Shown here: positions 30,000 to 39,007 of the stretch, piece by piece
How the letters are laid out: every line of letters begins with the position of its first letter
Position numbering within the stretch: position 1 is the stretch's first letter
IMG/VR virus record: IMGVR_UViG_3300021478_000003
Coordinates: 1 to 62,244 of that record
Reading direction: 5' to 3' (one strand)
Origin: a virus
Lineage: Duplodnaviria > Caudoviricetes
DNA: 62,244 bases
Made by a program: the position numbers and the translations under genes
Notes under the pieces: generated by a model
Seen by the model: the letters and a program-made list of their open reading frames with translations, nothing else
The model's database searches: none
What the model was told of the DNA's origin: nothing

Positions 30000-32112
30000 T
30001 TAGCTGTACTCCGTGTTCAACTGCATTGAGAATGGCGTCGACGGTTTGGCCCTCCGCGTTCGCCTGGTTCTTGGTGGCTTGCGAGATGTTCTTGACGATC
30101 TCCGACAACTGCAGTCGGATTTGAGTCTCGATAGCCTTCTGCTGCTGCGCTTGCTGCGCCTGTTGTTGCTGGGCCTCATTCTGGTCGACGGCATCACAGC
30201 CGGCGTCGTCCATCACGATATCGTCGTCATCCAAATCGCGGGCGCGCAGGCGCTCACGCAGGAAGCTGCGGAACTTGATGTACTTTTTCTCTTCCGGCAG
30301 CAGGGTCTGCGCCAGGTTGTCGAGCTGCGCGCCCAGCACTTCCTTGGCGATCAGTGAAGTCGCGCCACGCGCCACCGGCTGAAAGTCGCCCTGCAGCTCC
30401 GGGTCTTGCGAATAGTGCTCGTTGAAAGTAATGATCGCGGAGATCACCGACTCGGTGAACTGATCGAAGTTGCGCACAGCGTCCTTGAACGGCAACGCAG
30501 CGTCGCCGCGCAACATCGACGCGCCGGAGGCGGTGCGGAACGGCTCGCTCGGGCCACGCTGCATGTCGCCGCCAGTAGCCGCGTTGATGAAGGTCTCCTG
30601 ATCTGCGAAGCCTTGGAACATCTCGACCATCTTCTGCAGCTCAGGCAAGTGCATCGGCAGCTCGACGGTGCGAATCGCAGGGTACTGCATGGTCTGCGGG
30701 CTATCATCTTCACGGTAGAAAATTTTGTCCGGTGTGACAGCGCTGATGTCTTGGTCGATCCGCAGCAGCTCGGTGTTGAACTCGAACACCCGCATGACCG
30801 ACGCGTTGTCCAGCACCATGCGCGTCGCGGCGCACAGCCCCATCTGCGAGTCGCGCACGATGTTCGGCAGGCCGTTACCGAGGATGAAGGACTCATCTTT
30901 TTCAAAAATGAAAAAGTGGTACATCGGCATTTCGCCATCAGTCTTCAGAGTCGTCCAAGGGTCGACCATCGCTTTGATGACGGTATCGCCCATGATCCAG
31001 ACGGTCGCTTTCACATCTTCATTCAGCTTGTCGTCCGGGATATCCAAGCCGGCGTCGGCCAGCTCCTGGCCATGCACGTAGCCTTCCCACACGATAGCCT
31101 CGAACTTGACGCGCTCGGACATGGCGGTGTTGATCTGCACGCCGAGGCCACGCAGCTCAGTCTCGTAAGCTTTGCGCATGTAATTGCCGGTCGGCGACTG
31201 CTTCAAAAACTTGTCGATCTGCGACGCGAAAAAGTCCGGCCGCTGCTTCAGCATGACCAACTGGTGCTTTGACATGATGACGCGCTGGAACTGGCCGTCC
31301 ATCTGGTTGAGGTACTTCGCGCCCATGTCCGGGTAGTACTCCCAGATCGGCACGAACTCGAACCGAGGGCGATACGCGGTGTAGGTGATCGCCTGCATTC
31401 GGCCGTCCGCGCCACGCTTCCACTTGCGCTTCTCCTGCTCTTCGATGTACGGCCCCTTGAGAATGCCGGCACCGTACTGGATGCCCGACATCATGACCTC
31501 GCGGCACAGCGACACGTAGTCGAAGGTCTTCGCGCCGCCCAGCTCCTGCAGTTGATCGGTGACTTCACGCTCCAAGTTCTTGGCACGCACTTTGGCGAAA
31601 TTGCGGATCGCCTGTTCGATCACTTCGTCGCTCGGTGGTGGGGGAGGCGGCGCGGCCGGCATGGATGGCGCGGAGAGGCTGGCGGCCGCTGGCGGCGGGG
31701 GCATCAGCGTATCCAAAACAGTTTGCAAGTCCTGCTCGCTCAGGTTCGGCACCGCCGATGCGTCAATCCCCCAGTTCTTGTCACTTGCTTGGAATAGCAG
31801 GTTCATGAGCCGGGAAAGCATTGACACACACTTCCAGCGGGTAAGCTTTGGGTAGGCCTGCGAGCGGTTGATGTCCATCCGCTGGATGATGTCTTGGTCG
31901 TATATACCAAGGAATTGTCGTGCGTTGCGCGTCCACTTCAGTTCGGCCAGACGGCGATCCCACTCATACTGCTTGAACCGGCCGGCGAGCATGGCCCCCA
32001 GCTTCTGAATGCCCTCGGGCTTGATGACCAGTGGGGCTTGCAGTGTGGTGGTCGTGTCAGGCTGCGTCGCTGACTGGATGGCGGTATTTCGTGCTGGCAG
32101 AGCTGTGGCCAT
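29839..32112 (-). CDS. Portal protein
   Basis: 757 aa directly after TerL; YG.G.LKGP, G.GLP..VRD.Q, TASG.SML and a Gln-rich barrel. Confidence 0.85.
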   Translation of the reverse strand: MATALPARNTAIQSATQPDTTTTLQAPLVIKPEGIQKLGAMLAGRFKQYEWDRRLAELKWTRNARQFLGIYDQDIIQRMDINRSQAYPKLTRWKCVSMLSRLMNLLFQASDKNWGIDASAVPNLSEQDLQTVLDTLMPPPPAAASLSAPSMPAAPPPPPPSDEVIEQAIRNFAKVRAKNLEREVTDQLQELGGAKTFDYVSLCREVMMSGIQYGAGILKGPYIEEQEKRKWKRGADGRMQAITYTAYRPRFEFVPIWEYYPDMGAKYLNQMDGQFQRVIMSKHQLVMLKQRPDFFASQIDKFLKQSPTGNYMRKAYETELRGLGVQINTAMSERVKFEAIVWEGYVHGQELADAGLDIPDDKLNEDVKATVWIMGDTVIKAMVDPWTTLKTDGEMPMYHFFIFEKDESFILGNGLPNIVRDSQMGLCAATRMVLDNASVMRVFEFNTELLRIDQDISAVTPDKIFYREDDSPQTMQYPAIRTVELPMHLPELQKMVEMFQGFADQETFINAATGGDMQRGPSEPFRTASGASMLRGDAALPFKDAVRNFDQFTESVISAIITFNEHYSQDPELQGDFQPVARGATSLIAKEVLGAQLDNLAQTLLPEEKKYIKFRSFLRERLRARDLDDDDIVMDDAGCDAVDQNEAQQQQAQQAQQQKAIETQIRLQLSEIVKNISQATKNQANAEGQTVDAILNAVEHGVQLNANAQNQPQPGTGGPAPADDTGMQGGTGAAGPNQTPSPVAAAPGPSAAAMPTG

Positions 32113-32147
32113 GGCAAACTCCCTGTGATTATTCGCGCCAGTCTACA

Positions 32148-33575
32148 CTATTTCATGTTGTAGTTGGTCGTCCGGCGCTGGGTAGAACGGGGCCGCTCTT
32201 CGCGCCGGCCGGCCTTTTCCTCGCCCTTGCGGAAGTACCGCAGCAGGTAAGTAAAGGCGTCGGCAATGTTACTGTGCAAGTTCTTGGCAGGTGTGTCGCC
32301 CTGCGTTTCGCCGGCTTTGGTCACGGTGTACTTGTAGCCGCCGCCCAATGCCCGGATCAGTTTTATGCAACTGGGATCGATCTGCAGGCTCTCGCCGGCC
32401 ATGGTGCGCGTCATCATGTAGTGCTGGGCCGGTGCCAGCCTCGTTTCGATCTGGTTGTTGCTATCCTCGACAACCACAAAGTGCTTGCGGAGTACTTTCA
32501 TGACCGAGCTGTCCACCGCCTGGGCACGGTTCACCGAGGACGGGTCCGGGATCAAGACCACCTCATAGCTGGGGTACTTGGTGCGCAGCAGGGGCTTCAG
32601 TCGCTCGGAGATCATGCGCTCGGTCGAGAATCCCTCCAGCACGATTTCGTCCAGTATCCGCGCCTGGCCATAGGCATTGTACTGGCCGAGGATGATGCCT
32701 GAGTGCATGCCGGGGTCGTAGCCGATGGCGATAGGCAGGCCGCGCAGCGCGGTGAGCGGCTTCTTGCTGACGTGCAGATCGCGGTCGAACATCGGGAATA
32801 CCGGTTTGCCCGACAGGCTGAAGCCCCAGCACACCTCGATAAACTGCTTGATCCAGTGCTTCGTTTTACCCTTGGCCAAGTTGGTGTAGTACTCGCGCTT
32901 GCCTGGCAGATTGTCGGTGTTCTCGGCGTCGGCCGAAAAGCCTGACGGCTGCACGAAGTACTTCCAGTTCTCCGGTGGCAGCTCGCCCTCGGGCAGCGCG
33001 CCGTGATCTTCCAGCATCGCATACCACCAGTCGGACTCGTTGCCTGGGTTGCTCGCGCCCCACATGCCCCAGTTGGTGGCCCCGCCTTCGATCTCCGGTG
33101 GGTAGCGGCCGCAGCGCGCCGAGAGCGCATCGATAATCGGCCGAGGGAGCTGGATAAATTCATCGACAATGGCGAACGTCACTTCGAGCGACAGCACGCG
33201 GTCGATATCTTCTGGCGTATCAAGCGGCCGGAACATCACCTCGCACTCGACATCGCCGAAGCGCAAAATAAAATTTTTCGGGGTGGCGTGCCACTTGCCG
33301 GCCGTGCCGTCCTTGAACCAGTAGTTGAATGACTTGATCGTCGTGTCGGCGAGCTGCGATGCCGTTGAGCGGACCACCACGCAGCGACTGCGCCGGATGC
33401 CGTCAATGGGGGACCGCTCCTGCAGCCCCGCCATGTGGATCAGCTTCATGAAGATGCCCGTGGTCTTGCCACTACCCACTGGTCCGACGATCCAGTCAGT
33501 GAAGAGTTCACGCGGCTTGTAGTGCTGGATGAACTCGTTGACTGTCGGCGGCGGCGTATAGTGGATAGTGGTCAC
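32148..33575 (-). CDS. terL: Terminase large subunit
   Basis: GPVGSGKTT, IVDE Walker B, SNP coupling motif, nuclease GYDPG, and late HSNIADA. Confidence 0.92.
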   Translation of the reverse strand: MTTIHYTPPPTVNEFIQHYKPRELFTDWIVGPVGSGKTTGIFMKLIHMAGLQERSPIDGIRRSRCVVVRSTASQLADTTIKSFNYWFKDGTAGKWHATPKNFILRFGDVECEVMFRPLDTPEDIDRVLSLEVTFAIVDEFIQLPRPIIDALSARCGRYPPEIEGGATNWGMWGASNPGNESDWWYAMLEDHGALPEGELPPENWKYFVQPSGFSADAENTDNLPGKREYYTNLAKGKTKHWIKQFIEVCWGFSLSGKPVFPMFDRDLHVSKKPLTALRGLPIAIGYDPGMHSGIILGQYNAYGQARILDEIVLEGFSTERMISERLKPLLRTKYPSYEVVLIPDPSSVNRAQAVDSSVMKVLRKHFVVVEDSNNQIETRLAPAQHYMMTRTMAGESLQIDPSCIKLIRALGGGYKYTVTKAGETQGDTPAKNLHSNIADAFTYLLRYFRKGEEKAGRREERPRSTQRRTTNYNMK

Positions 33576-33586
33576 GGAAATTTCCT

Positions 33587-33937
33587 TTAGACTTCGATGC
33601 GGTTCAACAGTACATCAAAATCGCGTATCACCTGCTCCAGCCGGCAGCGCAAATACTGCACGCGGTCAGCCATCGGCACCTTCGGCGCGCACGGCTCACC
33701 ATCTACGCCAGGCATCATCGGTTGCGGCACCGGCTCCAGTTCGTCGGCCGCGATGCCGGTGACGTTATAGAGCCGGTTGAGCAGAGCACGTTTTGCATTG
33801 ATGATGTCGTCGATTGCCCCTTCCAGCATGTTCAGCTCCACGTCGACTTGACCGCCCGTGTTGGAAGTGGAAGCACCGTCGACAGCGCGCTTTTGTGCAA
33901 GATTACCTGTTACTTGAAGTTTGATATTGGTGTTCAT
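33587..33937 (-). CDS. Hypothetical protein
   Basis: GAGG RBS; helical. Confidence 0.6.
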   Translation of the reverse strand: MNTNIKLQVTGNLAQKRAVDGASTSNTGGQVDVELNMLEGAIDDIINAKRALLNRLYNVTGIAADELEPVPQPMMPGVDGEPCAPKVPMADRVQYLRCRLEQVIRDFDVLLNRIEV

Positions 33938-34001
33938 GATTTAGCCTCTTTAGGGTCGGTTGAGTTGTCCGTCACCTTCACAGGCTTGCGGGGCGAAAAA
34001 A

Positions 34002-34148
34002 CTACGCGTGATACTTGCCGTTGTGGTCGTAGTGCCCAGTCATGTTATGGACCTGTCGGCTAACCACATGCTTGGCACGCCGGAACTCACGGTCATCTAG
34101 GTACTTGACCCAACGGATACGTAACCAAAATTTGATTTGTTCCAGCAT
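34002..34148 (-). CDS. Small hypothetical protein
   Basis: GGAGG upstream of MLEQIKFW. Confidence 0.5.
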   Translation of the reverse strand: MLEQIKFWLRIRWVKYLDDREFRRAKHVVSRQVHNMTGHYDHNGKYHA

Positions 34149-34149
34149 G

Positions 34150-34773
34150 TCATCCTCCCAGAATATTCCACTCCGGCCAGCCGTTTGCTTCACGATGATT
34201 GTCGAAGATCGCTTGCATGTCGTCGCGCAAGCCACCGAGCGAATCTGGCATCTCACGTATCACCGACTCGGTATTATGCAGCGTGCGGCGCATATCGCGC
34301 AGCGCTTCATAGTCTGCATCAGCCGCCTGCTTTTTGGCCCACACACTATCCAAGCTCTGCTCAAAAATGGTTTTCTTGGGCGGCAACTTGATCTCGATCT
34401 TCACCGGAATATCGGCCACTTCCTCCAGCTCGCCCAATATCGGGAACCACTTCACGCCCGTGTCGCCTTCCCACACGAAGTGCAGCTTCATCGCGCCTTC
34501 GATCACGCCCACCTCTTCAGGCGTGGCGTCCTTCAGGTGCACGGTATAGAACTTCAGGTGTGGGATGCCTGGGCCAGTCACATAGATTTTGTGCGGCCAG
34601 CCGTACTTGAAATCGGCCCACTCGACTGCAGTGCCTTCGGTTTTCAGCAGTACGGCCAGCGCGCTGGGAGCGACACTGCCGCAATAGGAACAGCGCTCAT
34701 ATCCCTCGCGCATTTGGTAAGTGTGTGGCGCGAACTGCGCCGCTTGCGGGTCTTTATCGTGTGCGATAGTCAT
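34150..34773 (-). CDS. Hypothetical protein (CSYCGS motif)
   Basis: Long ORF in the late orientation between terS and terL. Confidence 0.6.
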   Translation of the reverse strand: MTIAHDKDPQAAQFAPHTYQMREGYERCSYCGSVAPSALAVLLKTEGTAVEWADFKYGWPHKIYVTGPGIPHLKFYTVHLKDATPEEVGVIEGAMKLHFVWEGDTGVKWFPILGELEEVADIPVKIEIKLPPKKTIFEQSLDSVWAKKQAADADYEALRDMRRTLHNTESVIREMPDSLGGLRDDMQAIFDNHREANGWPEWNILGG

Positions 34774-34814
34774 GATGGATTTTCCGAGTAAGGGCGCTGT
34801 CACCGCCCAGGTGG

Positions 34815-34985
34815 TTATTCGTGGATGTTCGCGGCAGTCTTGGTGACGTGCAGCGCGTGCGCCAGGTTCAGCGCGGCCTGGGAGAACTGCATGGCCTCGT
34901 GGGAGGTGGCGCGAGGGTCGGTGGCCTTAGTTACCATGTGGGTGATCGCACCTTCGAGCATTACAGGGGTGTCGGCGGTAGTCAT
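34815..34985 (-). CDS. Small hypothetical protein (56 aa)
   Basis: AGGAG RBS; EAMQFSQAALNLAHA; below the ORF-track cut-off. Confidence 0.6.
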   Translation of the reverse strand: MTTADTPVMLEGAITHMVTKATDPRATSHEAMQFSQAALNLAHALHVTKTAANIHE

Positions 34986-34998
34986 AGGGTTTTAACTC

Positions 34999-35466
34999 CT
35001 AAGTGGGTTGAACGACGGGGGTGAGATTGATCTGGATGTTGAAGCCCGTCCCGGCATTGACATCGGTTGCCTTGGCGTCGAGTCCGGCCCAGCGTACCGT
35101 ACTCTTGATGAGGTCGGCCCGCACGGCGTCGCTGGTGCGCCCGTTCTGGACCATCTGATAAGCGGTGGTGAGGTAGCCCTCGGCCATGAGCCTGGCCTTG
35201 ACCCGGAACGCCATGCCCTCGGTCTTGAGCATCTCCACGGCTTCCTGATATGCCTTCACAAACACCGGATGCTTGATGATCTCCCCAAACTCTTGCTTGG
35301 TAATGCCGTACATCTCGCAGACTTCACGCGGCTTGGCGATCTTGAGCGCAAGGTCCATGGCCAGGAGGGGCGGGAAGCCGAGATCGGCCGGATTACGGGC
35401 GAGGGCGTTCAGCAGCTCGCTGTCGCTGTCGGGGTCGTTCGGGTCGATTATGGTGTTCTTGCTCAT
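34999..35466 (-). CDS. terS: Putative terminase small subunit
   Basis: First late gene; HTH-like EVCEMYGITKQEF, helical core, and C-terminal FNIQINL beta strand. Confidence 0.6.
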   Translation of the reverse strand: MSKNTIIDPNDPDSDSELLNALARNPADLGFPPLLAMDLALKIAKPREVCEMYGITKQEFGEIIKHPVFVKAYQEAVEMLKTEGMAFRVKARLMAEGYLTTAYQMVQNGRTSDAVRADLIKSTVRWAGLDAKATDVNAGTGFNIQINLTPVVQPT

Positions 35467-35474
35467 GCTGGGAT

Positions 35475-35504
35475 AGTATATCAAGGCAATCCGGCTTGCA
35501 ACTA
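35475..35504 (-). promoter_or_regulatory. Candidate late promoter
   Basis: -10 TATACT (35475-35480) with a TAGTTGCA box near the -35 position; TTGCAA spacing is only 15 nt. Confidence 0.45.
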
Positions 35505-35538
35505 AGCCATTTTATGGAAAACTCTACAGGAGAATAGC

Positions 35539-35772
35539 ATGGCCAAGCTCAATGCAGCAGAACGCAAGAAAATCGCTCCGTCGAAATTTGCCGGTCCCAA
35601 CAAGTCCTACCCTGTCGAGGACAAAAGCCACGCTCGCAATGCCAAAGCCCGCGTATCCGAGGAAGCGAACAAGGGTAACGCTTCGCCGGCACTGAAAGCG
35701 AAGGTCGACGCGGCAGCGAACAAGGTGTTGGGTAAAGGCGCAGGCATGGTCAAGAAGCCAGGGAGCAAGTGA
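35539..35772 (+). CDS. Small basic protein (DUF6582-like)
   Basis: MAKLNAAERKKI..SKFA.P...YP..D..HARNA.AR; RBS AGGAG. Confidence 0.7.
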   Translation: MAKLNAAERKKIAPSKFAGPNKSYPVEDKSHARNAKARVSEEANKGNASPALKAKVDAAANKVLGKGAGMVKKPGSK

Positions 35773-36071
35773 TGAGCCGCGCCAAGCTGCTGGCACTGTG
35801 GTTCGTCTGCGCGCTGCTGGTGCCGGTCCTCATGGTGGCCATGTTCTTCCAAGCTCTCGCCGGTTCCGAGACTCGGGCCAAGAGCATGGCCATCGCGCAG
35901 GATGAATGTGGTAACGCTTTGTTCGGTGGTTCGGCCGGCGAGACGATCAGCCAGCGGACCGGGATCGCTTTGGTAGCCGGCAAGCGCTGGGCCAAGATCG
36001 TCGCTCCCTGCATCGACTTCTTTTTCGGGGCTGGGCACTGCTTGAAGAACGTCAACGACGCGCACTACTGA
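35769..36071 (+). CDS. Membrane protein
   Basis: N-terminal TM; D..GNALFGG..GETIS.R.G...HC motif. Confidence 0.7.
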   Translation: MMSRAKLLALWFVCALLVPVLMVAMFFQALAGSETRAKSMAIAQDECGNALFGGSAGETISQRTGIALVAGKRWAKIVAPCIDFFFGAGHCLKNVNDAHY

Positions 36072-36089
36072 AATCCGTAATAGTTACAC

Positions 36090-36115
36090 GGGGGTTTTGA
36101 GACCCCCAATTTTTT
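36090..36115 (+). terminator. Intrinsic terminator
   Basis: GGGGGT-tttgag-ACCCCC followed by AATTTTTT. Confidence 0.65.
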
Positions 36116-36267
36116 GCGCGCTAGAATAGTTGCAATTGCAAGTAATTAGATTTGGGCCTAATCCTCACAGAGCTTTGGGGGAGAATACCGCCCCCTACCC
36201 TCCTTTCGACCCCCTTGGGGGGGTGCCCTCGGCCCGGGAAAAAGAATTCTTTTGGCCCTCCAATACT

Positions 36268-36297
36268 GGACAAGTGGTTGTCAGCAACCACTTGTCC
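36268..36297. promoter_or_regulatory. 28-bp palindrome, copy 1 (perfect 13-bp arms), abutting a -35 box
   Basis: GGACAAGTGGTTG-tcag-CAACCACTTGTCC. Confidence 0.8.
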
Positions 36298-36300
36298 GGC

Positions 36301-36329
36301 TTGACTATACTTGCAATTGCAACTAAGAT
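36301..36329 (+). promoter_or_regulatory. Sigma70-type early promoter
   Basis: TTGACT-N17-TAAGAT; the spacer holds the palindrome TTGCAATTGCAA. Confidence 0.75.
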
Positions 36330-36372
36330 GAAGACTCACACAATCTGTGTGCTACTTGATAGGAGAATTAAC

Positions 36373-37047
36373 ATGAAAGCCACCACATTCAACGCGGTCG
36401 TTGCCCACGCCGCAAGCGCTTTGCCAGTCGTTAGCGCAAGCATCAACAAGCTGACAGACGATGAGCTGCTGGCAGCACTGCAGGACAACCCACAAGCCAC
36501 TGTCGTCTCACCAGATGGCAAGCACGTGGTCAGCGCATGGCAGACCAGTCTGTATGACCTGCTGTTCGCCCAGGCTGACGAACTCAACACCGTGCAAACC
36601 ACGCAGGCCGACAAGCTGGCCGCCTTCCTCAAAGCCCACTATGGCAAGACCGCGCCAACATTCAAGCAGTTCACGGCCGACCGCGCCGCACTCAAAACGC
36701 TGGCACAGTTTCGCGGGTTGGTAGATGACCAGTGGGTGCGCAAGCCTTACAACTTGGCCATCAAGGCCTTGTATGGTGCGCTCCCGGTCGCCATGACAAC
36801 GGCCGCCATCGCTAAGCGTGCCGCACGCGCCGCCGCTCCTAAAACTGTTGCCGCACCAGTGGGCGCACCAGCAGGCGAAGTCGCACCACGCAACAGCTCT
36901 GTAAGCGAGCAGGTAGAACAGATGGTTGCCAAGTTCGGGGTCTTTGAGACCATGCAAGCCATTACAGCCATTCTCAAGGCTGATGCGAAGACCCACACAG
37001 ACGCGATTGCGCTGGAAGCGATTGCCAAGCACTACAAGGCCGCCTAA
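36373..37047 (+). CDS. First early gene, hypothetical (224 aa)
   Basis: AGGAGA RBS; own promoter and terminator; Ala/Lys-rich. Confidence 0.75.
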   Translation: MKATTFNAVVAHAASALPVVSASINKLTDDELLAALQDNPQATVVSPDGKHVVSAWQTSLYDLLFAQADELNTVQTTQADKLAAFLKAHYGKTAPTFKQFTADRAALKTLAQFRGLVDDQWVRKPYNLAIKALYGALPVAMTTAAIAKRAARAAAPKTVAAPVGAPAGEVAPRNSSVSEQVEQMVAKFGVFETMQAITAILKADAKTHTDAIALEAIAKHYKAA

Positions 37048-37052
37048 CGCTT

Positions 37053-37080
37053 GACAGGTGGTTGCTGACAACCAGTTGTC
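37053..37080. promoter_or_regulatory. 28-bp palindrome, copy 2
   Basis: GACAGGTGGTTG-ctga-CAACCAGTTGTC. Confidence 0.8.
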
Positions 37081-37089
37081 GTAAGCCCG

Positions 37090-37126
37090 AAAGCCCTGTC
37101 AAGCGATTGGCAGGGCTTTATTGTTT
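37090..37126 (+). terminator. Intrinsic terminator
   Basis: AAAGCCCTGTCAA/TTGGCAGGGCTTT stem followed by ATTGTTT. Confidence 0.7.
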
Positions 37127-37129
37127 CTA

Positions 37130-37925
37130 TGGCACTAGTAGGATGTGTAACTATGGTGCAATGCCATAAGTGTTTAGTTGCTTTTGAGAATTCTTGCACG
37201 ACCCCCCGGAATAGTAACAGCCCCCCCATGAATAGTAACAATGTTAGTGCCCACTTACTTACAAGTGGTGCAAGAATTATCGGCCGCAAACCCATTGCCT
37301 AAGCCAAACAGGTGTGCTCTGTTACACAAAGTTCAAAAACAACACTTTTAGGTGGTGCAAGTATTTTGGGTATAGTTGCAAGGGCAAACGGGCTGCAAAC
37401 GGCTTGGGATAGCCATATATTCATTCTTTAAAGAGTTTGTATTGTATGGCTGTGCTCGGATAAATCTCACTTTCGCGGTTTCCAGATGATACGACAATAG
37501 ATTTTCAATAACTCTAGTATGTAGGCAGTTGCCCGCAAATCCTCTCACCACTCGACTTTCTTCCGGCCCAGAATAGTTGCATTACCTACATACTAGAGTT
37601 ATTGAAACTGTATAGGTATCTATGTCGGAAACAACGCTTTTTCTGCTTTATTGCTTTTTCTCCTATGAGACCTAGCCACCACCTGCGAGAGCCAACTGTT
37701 TTTTGTGGGGCGTAGGGCTACTGGTGCAACTATTAGCATTGTTACTATTCAGGGGTGGCCTGTAACTATTATTGATGCCATATGCGCAACTCAGTTATCA
37801 CTCTGCCTATGAGTAGCTATTATTCGATCTAAAACTAGCCTTTCCATGGCAAATGATGTAGGATGCCCCTAGGATGTTGGAGGATGTGAAAATGACCTGA
37901 ATACTTACACTGGAATGGAACTATT
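37130..37925. other. AT-richer non-coding region with iterated and inverted repeats; candidate replication origin
   Basis: Perfect 23-bp IR (37503-37525/37585-37607); 11-bp IR (37189-37199/37268-37278); GAATAGTAACA at 37209 and 37230 and inverted at 37740. Confidence 0.5.
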
Positions 37926-38612
37926 ATGAGCAAAATAAACAACCTACAAGGCCAACGATTTTCTAGGATGTTGGCCGTGGCGCGAGCAGATAACGATTCT
38001 GTCGGGCGGGTGCAGTGGCATTGTTTGTGCGACTGCGGCAAAGTGGCAATCGTTCGTGGAGATAACCTGACAAGCGGCCGTACTACAAGCTGCGGCTGCG
38101 GCAAGGGTCCGAAAGCACCTGAAGACAGGCCAGCAGTTATCCCGCAGTACCGCGTGACCATCTACAAGGGCGAGGATGTTTGGGCTAACCACGCATCGCA
38201 CAGCTACTGCTTTGCCCACGTTCGCACGGCGCTAGGCGAACCGGTCCTGACAACTACTTTAGTGCTGCGTCGCCGGTCGTATCCCAAGATACACCCAGGT
38301 ATCGTCCGTGCCATGACCCAGATGCAGCAGGAGGGCATCATCCCCGAGCAGCGCGACTTATCCATCAACGCATGGATGAGGGCTTGCGGCGTGGTGGCCA
38401 ATGAGATGGGCCAAGTCGATGACCATGAGGTCAAAGTGCAGTACTGGCAGATTACAGGGCGCGGGGTCGACCCGGAGATAGCGAGGGCCAAGCGCGCCGC
38501 GCAGCACGAAGTAAAGTATCTGCCAGACCCACGCACGCCGGAGCAGATAGCCGCCGATCAGGCGCTAGTCGAAAAGCTGATAAAGGATTGGGGATTAGGC
38601 GGCGAGGACTAG
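37926..38612 (+). CDS. Protein with an HNH/AP2-endonuclease-type N-terminal Cys module and an unknown C-terminus
   Basis: NLQGQRFSRM..V...WHCLCDCG...VRGDNLTSGRTTSCGC; no HNH catalytic motif seen. Confidence 0.7.
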   Translation: MSKINNLQGQRFSRMLAVARADNDSVGRVQWHCLCDCGKVAIVRGDNLTSGRTTSCGCGKGPKAPEDRPAVIPQYRVTIYKGEDVWANHASHSYCFAHVRTALGEPVLTTTLVLRRRSYPKIHPGIVRAMTQMQQEGIIPEQRDLSINAWMRACGVVANEMGQVDDHEVKVQYWQITGRGVDPEIARAKRAAQHEVKYLPDPRTPEQIAADQALVEKLIKDWGLGGED

Positions 38613-38701
38613 ATCGAATTCGTTGATAGGGGGAAACTGGAGTCCTGGGTGCAGAACACGGGCACCAGCTACCGCTCTCTAACAATTCGACAACGATCTG
38701 C

Positions 38702-38729
38702 GACACTTGGTTGTCCACAACCACTTGTC
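38702..38729. promoter_or_regulatory. 28-bp palindrome, copy 3
   Basis: GACACTTGGTTG-tcca-CAACCACTTGTC, flanked by CGATCTG/CAGATCG. Confidence 0.8.
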
Positions 38730-39007
38730 CAGATCGGCGAGGATGCAGCACAGGCCGCTTGTATGTCGGCTTGAGTGACAACCATCCTTGCGGTGCGGCG
38801 AACGCACCTCACATACACCATGCCGTGGCCGCTGCCGCCTGATCCCGGGCAACGCCTAACCCAGCTCGCGGGGCTTACCCGCTCAAATCGACTAGGCACG
38901 TTGATCGCCCGCGTGATCGGGCAGTAGTCATGACATGGTTGAAGTTCCTTTTTCAAGCGTCTTATATTAGAGGGCGTTTGAATCCGAAACTTCTAAAGGA
39001 GAAACAG

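Noticed and set aside
36130-36372. Extended N-terminus of the 305-aa ORF in the track
   Set aside because: The region holds the palindrome, promoter and RBS; the real start is most likely ATG 36373.
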